Source: Planctomycetota bacterium
GTDB taxonomy: Bacteria > Planctomycetota > UBA1135 > GCA-002686595
DNA: 64,000 bases
Direction: 5' to 3'
NCBI GenBank assembly: GCA_965662355.1
Contig: CBFIHP010000007.1
Location: 218,859 to 282,858, forward strand
In this document: positions 1 to 10,112 of the stretch, piece after piece
Layout of the letters: every line of letters begins with the position of its first letter
How positions within the stretch are numbered: position 1 is the first letter of the stretch
Translations under genes and position numbers: made by a program
The notes under the pieces: generated by a model
The model's input: the letters and a program-made list of their open reading frames with translations, nothing else
The model's database searches: none
Told to the model about the DNA's origin: nothing

Positions 1-1719
1 GCGTGGATAGCCCTCGGCCACGGCGGTGAAAGTCCAATCGCCTTCGCGCAGGCCGCCCATGAGGAAGGTGCCGTCCTCACTTTCGAAGGTCTCTTCGCGT
101 GTGTCGCTGGGCGGCATGTACCACTGGATACCGGCACGTTCGCCCCGGATCTGAAAGCCCGTGCCGAAAGGCTCGCCTACACCGTCGACCACCGCACCAC
201 TGACGAACACCGGTTCATCGAGTACGAGGCTCAAGTTCTCCGCCGGTGCGCTCACAGCACCCTGGCTCACGCTCCAGCGCCCTAGCGCGAGACCGCCCGC
301 AGATTCCTCTTCGACGTCGAGCTCAGCGACGACGACCCAGGGGCCGGGGCCGAGGCCTGCGATACGAAAAGCACCCTGTTCGTCGGCCGTGGCATCGTTT
401 CTGGCGCCGATGTAGGCGCGCGGATCGACCGAGGTTCCAGCCAGGTTGCCCGAGAGATCGGGCCCGAGCTTGACGTGCGTTCCTGACGCGGGCGCACCGT
501 TGGGGAACACGACCGTTCCGGCGATGGCCAGCCCTTCATCCAATTCGATGTCTCCGTGCTCGCGGGTCTCGCCGTCCGCCAGCTCGAAAGGAGCACTGAG
601 AACATCCTGGTAGCCCTCGAGGCGCATACGAAGCCAGGTACGGCCGGGAGTCACACCCTCGAGAGCGAAGTATCCCTCGGTGTCGCTCTCGATTTCGCGC
701 AGTCTTTCACTCGGATTGCCGAAGACCTCTTGGCCCAGGGCCAGGATCTCGACGCCAGCCACGGGTTGGCCCGCACCATCGAGCGTGCGCCCACGGATGT
801 TGCCTCCACGCAGCATGGGCAGCTCGACCTGCACATGGGTTCCGGGCAGCGGCTGAACATCCTCGGTGAACGTAGCAGCAAGTGTGGGTGAATCGGTCTC
901 GAGCGTCTGTGGCTTGCCGATGGGAATCGCACGTAGCTCGAAGCGACCTTCCGCGTCGCTAAGCGCTTCACGATCGAGCCGCTCGGAACTGGCTGAACCC
1001 AGCTGCAGCGCCGTGCTGTTAGACCAGTTGAGCTCGACTTCCACGCCGGTCAACTCGGCCGAAGGATCCGAAAGAGGAGCCAGCAAACGGCCCGATATCC
1101 AGGCGCCGAGGACCGGACGCAAAACCACGGACTCTGTGATCTCGGAGACATCGAGCTCGAGCCCTTCATGGGAGTAGAGATACGAGCCACCCACCGCGAG
1201 CCAGACCACCTCGGCGTCGGGCGGCAGTCCCAAGCGCGCCTGGCCGGCTGCATCGGTGAGCGTCGCTGCGAGAATACCCTCGATACGTGCGGGGTCGGTG
1301 CCGTTGTGCAACTGCACCAGGGGCCCTTTCTTGCCATGTATCGTCTTGGCGCCGGTTTCCGCCCCAAGGGCCACGACCCAGGTCCGTTCCTCGGTGGGCG
1401 TCTCCGCGGGTGCGATCACGGAGACCTCGATCCAGCGCGTCTCTTCCGCCGGCCAGCTGCGCACCGCTTCTTCCTCGGGCTCGGAGGAGACGACCTCACG
1501 CGGCTGCGCGACCCCATCCTCGGACTCGCTAGGCAACTCTGACAGCTCTAGCTCATCGACATCTGCGCCCTTCGGTCCGGGTTCGGGCTCTCCGGATGCG
1601 GTAGGAGCTGGCGCGAGATCCGCCTGGCGGCCCTCTCCTGCGTCCGTCCCGATGAAACGAATCAGGGCGAAAAGAAGCAGGCCGACCAGGCCCAGGGAAA
1701 CGAGAAGGCGTGTCTTCAT
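1..1719 (-). CDS. Partial (3' end beyond the window edge) secreted protein with carboxypeptidase-regulatory-like repeats.
   Basis: The reverse-strand frame is open from 1719 to the window edge, which is why it is absent from the ORF track. The start ATG is the complement of 1717-1719 and is followed by a clear signal peptide, MKTRLLVSLGLVGLLLFALIRFIG. Downstream there are repeated G/V/T-rich beta-sandwich-like segments (a guess at CarboxypepD_reg-like domains). Only short shadow ORFs compete in this region. Confidence 0.5.
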   Translation of the reverse strand, partial: MKTRLLVSLGLVGLLLFALIRFIGTDAGEGRQADLAPAPTASGEPEPGPKGADVDELELSELPSESEDGVAQPREVVSSEPEEEAVRSWPAEETRWIEVSVIAPAETPTEERTWVVALGAETGAKTIHGKKGPLVQLHNGTDPARIEGILAATLTDAAGQARLGLPPDAEVVWLAVGGSYLYSHEGLELDVSEITESVVLRPVLGAWISGRLLAPLSDPSAELTGVEVELNWSNSTALQLGSASSERLDREALSDAEGRFELRAIPIGKPQTLETDSPTLAATFTEDVQPLPGTHVQVELPMLRGGNIRGRTLDGAGQPVAGVEILALGQEVFGNPSERLREIESDTEGYFALEGVTPGRTWLRMRLEGYQDVLSAPFELADGETREHGDIELDEGLAIAGTVVFPNGAPASGTHVKLGPDLSGNLAGTSVDPRAYIGARNDATADEQGAFRIAGLGPGPWVVVAELDVEEESAGGLALGRWSVSQGAVSAPAENLSLVLDEPVFVSGAVVDGVGEPFGTGFQIRGERAGIQWYMPPSDTREETFESEDGTFLMGGLREGDWTFTAVAEGYPR

Positions 1720-1840
1720 GATAAGGGAAGTAAAAGGGGCCGGAGTTCAGAAGCGTGGCTGCTGCGGGCTACGCGGCACGGCTCTTGATAGTCATGGAAA
1801 ATCGAAGCTCGTGCCCAATCCCACCCGCTGGCCTGACTCG

Positions 1841-4800
1841 TCACTGCACCTGCACCTCGATGGCGGCGGAGTACACGATCCCCAGCGAACTGGCCAGGAT
1901 ATCGACAACGGCCCATTGGGCGTAGAACGAACGGCCGACGAGCGCCGGATTGTCGGGAACGTTAACGGGTACGCCCACAGTACCGCTGCCAGCTTGCATC
2001 CCGGCGGGCATGCTCGTCATGTTGAAGAAACCGAACTCACCGGAGACATAGAGCGTGCAACCGGGAGCTCCGAACGGATTGAGCGACAGTGGTAGCACGG
2101 GATTGCCATTCAATACCTGGTCGCTGAGCCCCACCATCAGGACCGCCAGTGTTCCCGGGCGAGCTCCTCGCAAACTGAACCCGAACGCGTCGTTCCCGCG
2201 CAGGGGTTGGTCCATCAGCCCGAGCTCCGCAACGTAGCCGTCGCTGTCGGGACAGGCTGTGCCAAAGGCAGGATGCGTCACACGTACCTGGGTCAAGCCG
2301 AAGCGATCGCTCACGCCGGCCGGGTTGGCGGCATAGCCCCCGACGAGAAATCCGGCCCGATCGTATTCGTCGAGGTCGATGCCAGCGGCAGCGGCGTCGA
2401 ACTCACCGATCACAAGCCGTGTACCGATGCCCACGCGCTGGATCTCCATGCTGAGACGATCGCCTTTGCGCGTCAGCGACAGTTCGAACTCCTGCATCAG
2501 CTCGTCGGAATCCAACCAGGCCACCGGAGAAAGTCCGGGGGGCCCTCCGGGGAGGTTGGCGCCGACGAGGAGGAAGGGAATGTCGTCCTGTATGTTGGCT
2601 CGCAACCAAAGCTCGATGCGGTCGTCATCGCTCAGCCCAGGCGCCCGCATCAAGACGGCGCCAAAACCGAGGAAGTTCTCGGGATCCGTTATCTGGCGAA
2701 TCTCTCCCCGCACCTCGAGACGGCTACCATCGACGAACAGGCCCTCCGCATCATGAGCGACGTAGTAGGAGCGCTGCTGCACACTACCGCCATAGCTCAG
2801 GGTGAAGTCGCGCCATTCATCATCGAAGACGAGCCCCACGGGAAAGTTCTCGCCGGGGACCACGCCTACCGCCAGGTCGTCGTAACGATCGACCTCCAAT
2901 CCGAGAACGGCGGGCACAGAAGTATCGATCACGAAACCCGTCGTGGCTTCCGTCACATTGGCACGTGCATCGGTCGCAAAGACCTTCAAGGTATGGGGAC
3001 CGTTCGTGAAGTCGTCCAGGCGCAGCGCATGCACGTAGAGATCCCCGGATTGGGGCTGCAACTCGCGCCCCACGAACACGTCGTCGACGAAGACGCGCAC
3101 GTCGGTGATCGCGGTGTCATCGCTGGCTTGCACGTGAACCTCGACGGTCCCTGGGCTGGCGAGGATCGCACCGGGAAGGGGCTCCAGGAGGGCGACGGTG
3201 GGCACCGTTGCATCCGGGATCGTCGAGGGTTCGGTCACGAACATGCGCTGATTGGCGGCGACACCCAACAGCTCTTGGCGGCGGCCGCTGGGCCAGAGGA
3301 TCTCCAGGTCCACTTCCGTCGCCGCGCCCAGACCGAAATGCAGCATGCCTTCGTCACTCGAGGCGCAGTTGCTGCCGCCACGGGCAAGCTCGCGAAGAGA
3401 GAGTTCGGTCGCATCGACATCACCGTCTCCGTCGAAGTCCCCGCGGGCCAGGACACGCGTCCCCACGGCATCGCGCGTACTGCGCCGCGGCGTGGCTTCG
3501 GTGTAATTTCCGGTCAGCTCGAGGATCAGGTAGTTGCCGGAAGCCGAATCCCCGGTCTTGTTGCGGAACAAGCTGGGAGGAATGAACAGGTTGACGACCA
3601 CGAAGTCGAGCCAACCGTCCTGGTCGTAGTCCAACCAGACATCTCCCCTGGAGTCGTTCGCTTGATCGATTCCCGCGGTCGCCGAAACATCGACCATGCG
3701 CGCATTGTCGTTGCGATACAACCGGTCGGACATGCCCACGTTGGTCGCAACATGGATATCGACATCACCGTCGTTGTCCACGTCTCCCATCCAGGTCCCC
3801 CAGGAATAGGTCGCACCGACATGGCCGTCGTGGTGCATGTGGAAATCGCCGTTGCGTTCGTTCAGTTCGTTGACCCAGAGGTCGTTCAAGGCTCCCGTCT
3901 CGGAGCCCAGATCCGTCATGTAGATATCGAGGTCCCCATCGGCGTCGTAGTCCCCGGCATCGATGCCCATGGCTCCGGGCGTTTTGTCACCGATGCGCAG
4001 GTCTGTCGCGCGCTCTTCGAAGCCGAGCCAATGACCGGAGGGGTCAACACCACGGTTCATGTAGATCGAATCATGGTCGATGGCCGAGCCGGTCTTGTTC
4101 GAAACGTAGAGATCGGGCCAGCGATCGTTGTTGAGATCCGCGAACATCGCGGCATTCGACGATGCGTAGTCATGGTACGCCGTCTGGGAATCCCCCAAGG
4201 GCGACAACCACCCGGGGGTTCCCGCCTCGCTCGTCACGTCCAGGAACGTCCCGTCCGCTTGCTGCAGATACAAGACGTCCCGTTGTCCGGGGTCGATTCC
4301 GAAGGGATTGTTGTAGAAGGCCTTGTGGTTCCCCACGAAGAGATCCACCAACCCGTCGCGGTTCACGTCACCGAAGCTAGCGACGAAGGTGTAGTTCAGG
4401 ATGTCGCCGTTCGCATCGACACCGAAACCGACGCCTTCTTGGAGATCTCCTGGGGGATCCGTCGGGGTTGGATCGGTGCTGTCGGTGATGTCTACAAAGG
4501 ATGCCGCCCCGTCGGGGACCAGGCGGTTCTCGTAGAGCGTGTTTCGCTCGGTGTAGTTGGACACGTACAGGTCTTGATCCCCATCGTTGTCGATATCGAC
4601 GAAGACCGCACCCGTGCTGGGCAAGAATTCGAAGATACCGGCAGCGATATCGCGCACAAAAACACGCCCGCTACCATTGGAGGTGTTGCGATACAAGTGT
4701 CCTGGATGACCCCAGCCGCCGACGAAGTAAAGATCCGCCCATCCATCATTGTCGTAGTCACCGCAGGCCACTCCCGGCCCATGGGGATCTCCCGTGGAGC

Positions 4801-4930
4801 CGAGGTAGGCCGAGAGCCCAGCGGCGGCGGCCACGTTTTCGAACTCCTGCGGGCTCGATGAGGAAGGCGAGGCAAGGGTGGCAAGAAGGGTGAAGGGAAG
4901 CGTGAAACGGAAAGGGGGAATCCGAGTCAT
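1841..4930 (-). CDS. Secreted FG-GAP/VCBS-repeat protein with an ASPIC/UnbV domain (CRTAC1-like).
   Basis: The 1029 aa ORF has an N-terminal signal peptide (MTRIPPFRFTLPFTLLATLASPSSSS). It carries multiple FG-GAP-type calcium-binding repeats (DNDGDQDLYVSN, DYDADGDLDIYM, DVDNDGDVDIHV) and an EILWPSGRRQ motif typical of ASPIC/UnbV. An Ig-like C-terminal region follows. Confidence 0.8.
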   Translation of the reverse strand: MTRIPPFRFTLPFTLLATLASPSSSSPQEFENVAAAAGLSAYLGSTGDPHGPGVACGDYDNDGWADLYFVGGWGHPGHLYRNTSNGSGRVFVRDIAAGIFEFLPSTGAVFVDIDNDGDQDLYVSNYTERNTLYENRLVPDGAASFVDITDSTDPTPTDPPGDLQEGVGFGVDANGDILNYTFVASFGDVNRDGLVDLFVGNHKAFYNNPFGIDPGQRDVLYLQQADGTFLDVTSEAGTPGWLSPLGDSQTAYHDYASSNAAMFADLNNDRWPDLYVSNKTGSAIDHDSIYMNRGVDPSGHWLGFEERATDLRIGDKTPGAMGIDAGDYDADGDLDIYMTDLGSETGALNDLWVNELNERNGDFHMHHDGHVGATYSWGTWMGDVDNDGDVDIHVATNVGMSDRLYRNDNARMVDVSATAGIDQANDSRGDVWLDYDQDGWLDFVVVNLFIPPSLFRNKTGDSASGNYLILELTGNYTEATPRRSTRDAVGTRVLARGDFDGDGDVDATELSLRELARGGSNCASSDEGMLHFGLGAATEVDLEILWPSGRRQELLGVAANQRMFVTEPSTIPDATVPTVALLEPLPGAILASPGTVEVHVQASDDTAITDVRVFVDDVFVGRELQPQSGDLYVHALRLDDFTNGPHTLKVFATDARANVTEATTGFVIDTSVPAVLGLEVDRYDDLAVGVVPGENFPVGLVFDDEWRDFTLSYGGSVQQRSYYVAHDAEGLFVDGSRLEVRGEIRQITDPENFLGFGAVLMRAPGLSDDDRIELWLRANIQDDIPFLLVGANLPGGPPGLSPVAWLDSDELMQEFELSLTRKGDRLSMEIQRVGIGTRLVIGEFDAAAAGIDLDEYDRAGFLVGGYAANPAGVSDRFGLTQVRVTHPAFGTACPDSDGYVAELGLMDQPLRGNDAFGFSLRGARPGTLAVLMVGLSDQVLNGNPVLPLSLNPFGAPGCTLYVSGEFGFFNMTSMPAGMQAGSGTVGVPVNVPDNPALVGRSFYAQWAVVDILASSLGIVYSAAIEVQVQ

Positions 4931-5079
4931 GGTTATTCTCGAGCCTTGGGAAGTGGGCCGTTCACGAGCCTAGTCCCGCACCGCCTTCCAGGAGCGCGCT
5001 GTCTCTCATTTGTTGGCCTGCACCGTCGCCAGGGCCCCAGGTCATGGTTCCAGCAAGAGCTGCTCGTCCCCGCGCAGAT

Positions 5080-6540
5080 TCAGAAAGTCCCGATGGTCCC
5101 ACTCGTCGCACGAGAGAACCACGGATCGAGGGCACCGGCCCCGGCCGGAAGATCCCCGAGCACGACCGCCTGCGCAAACCAACCGTTGGCTACGAGTGAA
5201 GAGTCGAGAGGAACCGGAGTCGAGAACATGGCCGGTGCGCCGCCACCGGTGTGCTGGCCAGGAGCGAAGTTGGTGAGATAGCTGACGGGATCGACCAGGA
5301 GCTCGGAAACTCCGGCGGCCGGCAACCCAAAGAGCAAGCCCAGATCGAAGCTGGGACCAGCAACGCTGTTCGAGCGAAGCAGAATGATCCACGCACCACT
5401 ACCGCGGCCGGCCTGGGGCGTCAGGGTCACGTCCCAGTTCGCGCCGACCACGACCGCACTCGCATCCAGTCTGTCGAGATTGGTGCCACTGCCGTTGTAG
5501 GGAGTTACGGTCGCCATGACCGATTCGCACTCATCGGGGATGAAGTTTCCGTTGGTGTCCAGACTGAAGCCATCGCGGATGTCGCAATAGTCGGAAATGA
5601 AGTTCGAGTTGCAGTCGTCGCCAACGTTGCAATCGAGCCATGAAGACAGAGCTGAGGAAGTCCAGCAATGCATCCGACCGGCCTGCTTCGAACTGAAGCT
5701 CGACCAGCATGCGATCCCGTCTCCCGAGCCATAGCTCATGTAGTTCTCGCGCTGCGTGTCGCCCCATGGCGTAGCCGAACAGGAGTCGTTTCCACCCGGC
5801 GGGAAGCAGGAGCCAAAATCAGACGGCCCGGGCGGCGTATCGTCAGCAAAGTCCCCCGTCGTGTCCCCATCCGTGCCATCCGCCCGTTCGTAACAGCTGC
5901 CACAAAACGACACTTCCTCCACTCCGTGGTGCATGTGCCAGAGCCCCAGGTTGTGCCCCATCTCGTGAGTGAGCACATGGTGAATCGGGCTGAAGAAGTC
6001 GCGACCGATGACGACGCCACCCTGGTTGGTCAAAGCACTGTCACTCCAGGGGAAGGTGCCGACGCCACCCGGGAGGTTGTTGATGAAGATGTTGCACTGG
6101 TTCGCCGGATCCTGTGCGTTCATGTCCTTCATCGAGGAAGACGCCCCGGAGCTGTAACGCCACGTCGAGTCATCCACGTACTCCCACGTATAGGTGAACT
6201 GGATGTTGTGCGGCAGGTAGTCCGCGTTCAACGTCGCCATCTGCCCGTCGATGTCCGCGGGCGTCTCGGCAGGGTCGCTGCCGTCATCGGCACGGAAGAC
6301 GATGATGTGCAGCTTGAACCAACGAATGGGCGTGGTCGCGTCCGGAACGAACGGATCGCGGATCGAGGGCACGTCGCAAGAGCCTTCGGTCGGACAAACC
6401 CCGGTAAACGTGTCGGGGGCCAGCCTCTCCGTGGTTGTCAAACACTTCCAGCTTTGCGGCTCAGCTTGGGCAGAGCCCAGACCGGCCATGAGGAAGAGAG
6501 TGGGCAAGGTTGCACGGATAGATATTGTGTCCAGTTGCAT
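5080..6540 (-). CDS. Secreted zinc metalloprotease, M43 (pappalysin/cytophagalysin-like) family.
   Basis: HEMGHNLGLWHMHHG is an extended HExxHxxGxxH zinc-binding motif, and a Met-turn-like NYMSY lies downstream. The signal peptide MQLDTISIRATLPTLFLMAGLGSAQA begins at the internal ATG (complement of 6538-6540). The track ORF extends to 6804 through an unsupported Arg-rich N-terminus. Confidence 0.8.
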   Translation of the reverse strand: MQLDTISIRATLPTLFLMAGLGSAQAEPQSWKCLTTTERLAPDTFTGVCPTEGSCDVPSIRDPFVPDATTPIRWFKLHIIVFRADDGSDPAETPADIDGQMATLNADYLPHNIQFTYTWEYVDDSTWRYSSGASSSMKDMNAQDPANQCNIFINNLPGGVGTFPWSDSALTNQGGVVIGRDFFSPIHHVLTHEMGHNLGLWHMHHGVEEVSFCGSCYERADGTDGDTTGDFADDTPPGPSDFGSCFPPGGNDSCSATPWGDTQRENYMSYGSGDGIACWSSFSSKQAGRMHCWTSSALSSWLDCNVGDDCNSNFISDYCDIRDGFSLDTNGNFIPDECESVMATVTPYNGSGTNLDRLDASAVVVGANWDVTLTPQAGRGSGAWIILLRSNSVAGPSFDLGLLFGLPAAGVSELLVDPVSYLTNFAPGQHTGGGAPAMFSTPVPLDSSLVANGWFAQAVVLGDLPAGAGALDPWFSRATSGTIGTF

Positions 6541-6758
6541 GGCTTCGCGTGGGTAGATCACGATCGGACTCCGCTGGAAGTGAGTCCCTGAGCAGCGCCC
6601 GAGTATAAGGGCGGCCCCACGGACCCGCTGAGACATAATCGTGTACTCGCTATCCACGACCAGGGACCCATCTGCGGTCATCTGTCCAAGACGCCTCGTA
6701 TTGACGCACATCGTGATCCCCCACTGGGGGTTGTCCTGGACAGCCGAAGGCTCGTCCC

Positions 6759-7820
6759 TCAGGGGATCTTCACGGAGACCACTTCCGAGAGCGAAAAGCC
6801 ACACGCCACGGCGGGATCCACGAAGGCGGCCTGGATGTGGTAGGCCCCATTACCGAAGGTGGCTTGCAATGGACCGAAGGGAAGGCTGATCGAACCGGCG
6901 CCGGCGATACCGAAGGGACCGTTCAAGATGGCTTCGCGCATGATGACACCGGGCATGTCGATCACGGTGTCTGCCGAGCCGCAGGTTCCGAAGGCTCGAA
7001 ACGAGGTCGCGGGCGAGATGATCAAGCAGAAGAAGGCTCCGCCCGGCGCATTGAAGATGTTGATCGATCCAGGATTCCCAACCGCGGGGCATCCAGGAGA
7101 GATGCGAGCCAGCCGTCCGTTCCCGCCCGCAAGCCCACCGCCACGATGCTCGATCCGATCGGGGCAAATCGTCGAGGGGGCGAAGTTGTCGAAGCTGAGC
7201 CCATCGCCCATCGCTCCTGTCGTCGGCCCGGTGTATTCCATGCGCACGGTAAAGATCGGTTTCGAAGGGTCGCCCGTGGCGAGCGCCCACGGCGTCGCCA
7301 AACCGTTGCCCGAACCGGGTGAAGTCGCATCCACGTCCATGAAGACGCCCGCGATGGCCGCGCCTGACTCATCGAGCGCCTCGATGCGATAACTCTCGAC
7401 CCCATCGACATCCAACAGGATCCCGCTGGCCTCCATCACCGGCTGGTTGTACTGGATCCGAATCGTCCGCGGTCTCCCTCCGGCTCCAGCGATGCCATCA
7501 TCGGTGAGAAACGTGCAGTCGGCGTTCAAACTCGAAAGCGGCATGTCCGCGCTGTTCACGTCACAAGACCCGCCCAGCACACCATCGAAGGCTGTAGCGG
7601 GCCCGCCCGCCCAGGCGATCTGCGGGACCATCGGAGTACCGGCTCCTTCGAGCATGAAGTGCAGGAAGTGTGGCGAGCCGCGCCAGTGGTTGTCGATCGG
7701 CATGCCATCGGCCGGCCGAGTCGAACCGCCGGGCAGGACCTCGAAGTTGATCCTCTGGGCCGTGGCCAGCGAAGCGAGGAGACAAACCGAAAGCAGGGCT
7801 TGGAGCGAACGGCGAACCAT
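6759..7820 (-). CDS. Hypothetical secreted protein.
   Basis: The start at the internal ATG (complement of 7818-7820) gives a signal peptide MVRRSLQALLSVCLLASLATAQ, and an AAGGAA Shine-Dalgarno (SD)-like motif lies 7 nt upstream. The protein is G/A/P-rich with no recognisable catalytic motif. Confidence 0.55.
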   Translation of the reverse strand: MVRRSLQALLSVCLLASLATAQRINFEVLPGGSTRPADGMPIDNHWRGSPHFLHFMLEGAGTPMVPQIAWAGGPATAFDGVLGGSCDVNSADMPLSSLNADCTFLTDDGIAGAGGRPRTIRIQYNQPVMEASGILLDVDGVESYRIEALDESGAAIAGVFMDVDATSPGSGNGLATPWALATGDPSKPIFTVRMEYTGPTTGAMGDGLSFDNFAPSTICPDRIEHRGGGLAGGNGRLARISPGCPAVGNPGSINIFNAPGGAFFCLIISPATSFRAFGTCGSADTVIDMPGVIMREAILNGPFGIAGAGSISLPFGPLQATFGNGAYHIQAAFVDPAVACGFSLSEVVSVKIP

Positions 7821-7974
7821 GCGGGTATTCCTTGTGAAAGAAAGTCGAGTGCCTCCCCTCTTCGAGCACCGAGAGGATTCCCTTGAGCAAGCCGCCATCT
7901 TCGGCCCCTGGCCCCGACGAGCAAGACCAATCCTAACATGCCTCGGATCCGGCCGTTCAAGGCCCGCCTGGCAC

Positions 7975-9411
7975 CTAGAGCCCAGCCGATTCCTCGCGCA
8001 TGATCCGCCCGTAGTGCAGCTTTGCCTCCAGGTGGGTCAGCATGGCGCGAACGCCGAAGAAGGTGCGGCTCAGCCAGACGTTGACGGGGAGAGAGCGTGT
8101 CCAGCGACGCTTGACGAAGTCGCCGTAGAGCTGAACACCGGGTTTGAACTGGTCAGGTCGACCGAAGTCGAAGGCCTCGTCCGTCAAGACAGGCTCCCAG
8201 AGCCAGTCGCAATACTCGCGCATCTTGGCCCTGCGCTCCTCGCTCATGTCGTCGAGATCGAGATCGCAACCGCGAGCAAGGGAGCGATCAAGGCGATCGG
8301 GATCGTCGCCGTGGGCGGCGTGCTCGACCTCCATCACGTAGGCGAACTCCTCGTCGGAGAAGTGATGGCAGCAGCCAAAATCCAGAAGTCCCAATCTGCC
8401 ATCGGGTAGGAAGAGGAAGTTCCCGGGGTGCGGATCGGCATAGATCATCCGGCCCTGGTACCAGAGCCGGCAAATGGTGCGGCTGATCTGTTCCGCATGG
8501 CGGTTGCGCAGTGCCTGGGTAGGCGAATTCGCCTTGAAGGCCTCGAGGTGTTGGCCGTCGAGGTACTCCATGGTCAGGATGCGGCGGGTGGAATACTCAG
8601 GTAGGACCTTCGGGACGACGACGTCGTTCAGCCCGCTGAGCGTGTTGCGCGCAAGGCGCATGTTCTCGGCTTCCTGTTCGTAATTGGTTTCGGCCTCCAG
8701 CATGGTCTGGATGCCCTCGTATTGCAGGAGCAGGTTGCTGAAATCGCTGGAGAGCCGTGCGTGGACGAATGTGCTCTTCAGGTTGCGCAGATCGTCGCGA
8801 ATCGTACGGGCGATATCGGGATACTGGATTTTGATCGCGACGCGACGATCGGTGCCCTTGATGCGCGCGCGGTGAACTTGTCCGAGCGATGCGGCCGCGA
8901 AAGCCTCGCTCTCGAAGTCGTCAAAGATGTCCGCAAGATCCGCACCGAGCTCGCGGCGAGCATGCTCGCGCAGGAGGGCGAAGTGCATCGGCGGAGCCTC
9001 CGCATAAACGCGACCGAGCACTTCAGCGAAGGAACCGGGGAGTACATTCGGCCAGTGCGCAATGACCTGTCCGAGCTTCATCACGGCACCGCGCAGATAG
9101 CTCATGCGACCCAACACCTGGATCGCGGCGGCGATGTGCGTTTCGTCCAGGCCGCGGCGCTTTTTGTCAGCGTCCATGAAACCGCTGCGCAACCACCATG
9201 CGAAGTAGGCCGCACCGACCTTGGCCTGCAACGTTCCCAGGGACCAGAGCCGCGTCAATCGGCCGGTTGGAATGGGCTTGTGCCGCAGGCCCTCGAGAAG
9301 CTCCTTGAGCTCAACGCGCGCGGGAGCACGCTCGGTGCCAGAGACATCCCCCATCGCGTCCGCGGGAAGGGCTTCGATCAGTTCAGCGAGAGACGGTGTT
9401 TTCGGTTCCAT
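7975..9411 (-). CDS. ABC1/UbiB-family (aarF domain) atypical protein kinase.
   Basis: Conserved ABC1 motifs are present: ...FESEAFAAASLGQVHRARIKGTDRRVAIKIQYPDIARTIRDDLRNLK... and HADPHPGNFLF...LLDFG. The ATG start has GGAG 12 nt upstream. It lies 24 bp downstream of the TetR gene on the same strand. Confidence 0.85.
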   Translation of the reverse strand: MEPKTPSLAELIEALPADAMGDVSGTERAPARVELKELLEGLRHKPIPTGRLTRLWSLGTLQAKVGAAYFAWWLRSGFMDADKKRRGLDETHIAAAIQVLGRMSYLRGAVMKLGQVIAHWPNVLPGSFAEVLGRVYAEAPPMHFALLREHARRELGADLADIFDDFESEAFAAASLGQVHRARIKGTDRRVAIKIQYPDIARTIRDDLRNLKSTFVHARLSSDFSNLLLQYEGIQTMLEAETNYEQEAENMRLARNTLSGLNDVVVPKVLPEYSTRRILTMEYLDGQHLEAFKANSPTQALRNRHAEQISRTICRLWYQGRMIYADPHPGNFLFLPDGRLGLLDFGCCHHFSDEEFAYVMEVEHAAHGDDPDRLDRSLARGCDLDLDDMSEERRAKMREYCDWLWEPVLTDEAFDFGRPDQFKPGVQLYGDFVKRRWTRSLPVNVWLSRTFFGVRAMLTHLEAKLHYGRIMREESAGL

Positions 9412-9435
9412 GGAGCATCAATCTCCTAGTCTGTT

Positions 9436-10035
9436 TCAATGGGTTCTTTCACGCAGTGATCCGCAATAAAGCCCCATCGATCGGTCGAGTAGGGCCAACG
9501 TGGCCTGCTGGTGTTCCGTGTCGTCGCGTGCCCAAAAACTCAACGTGCCCAGGTAGAGCGTCCAGTACAGGTGTTCATCCACCGGGCTGTCGCTGGCCGT
9601 GACACCGTGCTCGCGCAGGAGCGTTTCCACTCGCTCCAGCTGCCGGAGCCGGGACGCGCCGCCTTCGCCCTCGTCGCTTCCCTTGCGCAAAGGACTCCAG
9701 CCCGCGTCCATGACGTCCCCCACCCAACCGCGATAGGGCTCGAAGTAACGGAGCTGGATCGCGACCAGGGCGAACATCGCCTCCTCGAGGGTCTCTCCCG
9801 AGCGACGCGAGGCCTCGAATTCGGCGGCCCCTGCCTCGGCCGCAGCGGCCAGGATGGCCAGGCCGAGGGCCTCCTTGCTGGGGAAGTAGTTGAAGAGCGT
9901 GCCGGCCGCGATGCCCGCGGTCCGGGCGATCTCGCGTGTCGTCGCCTGGTGAAAGCCGGTCTCCGCGAATCGCCTCTGGGCGGCCTCCACGATGGCTTGG
10001 CGGGTCTTTTCCTGGGTTTCTCGGGTCACTCGCAC
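9436..10035 (-). CDS. TetR/AcrR-family transcriptional regulator.
   Basis: The N-terminal helix-turn-helix QAIVEAAQRRFAETGFHQATTREIARTAGIAAGTLFNYFPSKEAL is typical of TetR. The start is a GTG at the complement of 10033-10035. It is the first gene of a two-gene unit with the ABC1 kinase. Confidence 0.85.
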   Translation of the reverse strand: MRVTRETQEKTRQAIVEAAQRRFAETGFHQATTREIARTAGIAAGTLFNYFPSKEALGLAILAAAAEAGAAEFEASRRSGETLEEAMFALVAIQLRYFEPYRGWVGDVMDAGWSPLRKGSDEGEGGASRLRQLERVETLLREHGVTASDSPVDEHLYWTLYLGTLSFWARDDTEHQQATLALLDRSMGLYCGSLRERTH

Positions 10036-10050
10036 AGCGCGATCTCCTTA

Positions 10051-10064
10051 ATGAGCACGCTCAT
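10051..10064. promoter_or_regulatory. Inverted-repeat operator-like site ATGAGCACGCTCAT (copy 1) upstream of the TetR gene.
   Basis: This is a 14-bp near-perfect palindrome 16 bp upstream of the TetR start. It shares the core TGAGCNCGCTCATAA with a second copy at 10100-10112. Confidence 0.5.
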
Positions 10065-10099
10065 AATAAGCCCTTCATCGGCCACGTCAACCCAAAAAC

Positions 10100-10112
10100 T
10101 GAGCGCGCTCAT
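10100..10112. promoter_or_regulatory. Inverted-repeat operator-like site TGAGCGCGCTCAT (copy 2).
   Basis: TGAGCGCGCTCA is a perfect 12-bp palindrome 65 bp upstream of the TetR start. The spacing and similarity to copy 1 suggest paired TetR operators. Confidence 0.5.

Noticed and set aside
2207-4861. An 884-aa ORF antisense to the FG-GAP gene, and many similar long ORFs elsewhere. Examples are 5668..6591, 10368..11510, 31508..33574, 33575..35137, 40066..41241, 45211..46689, 47122..48954, 52754..54217, 56213..57598, 58314..59609 and 61829..63994.
   Set aside because: These are typical high-GC shadow ORFs. They are Arg/Ala/Gly/Pro-rich low complexity, have no recognisable domains or signal peptides, and each lies opposite a gene with strong family-level motifs.
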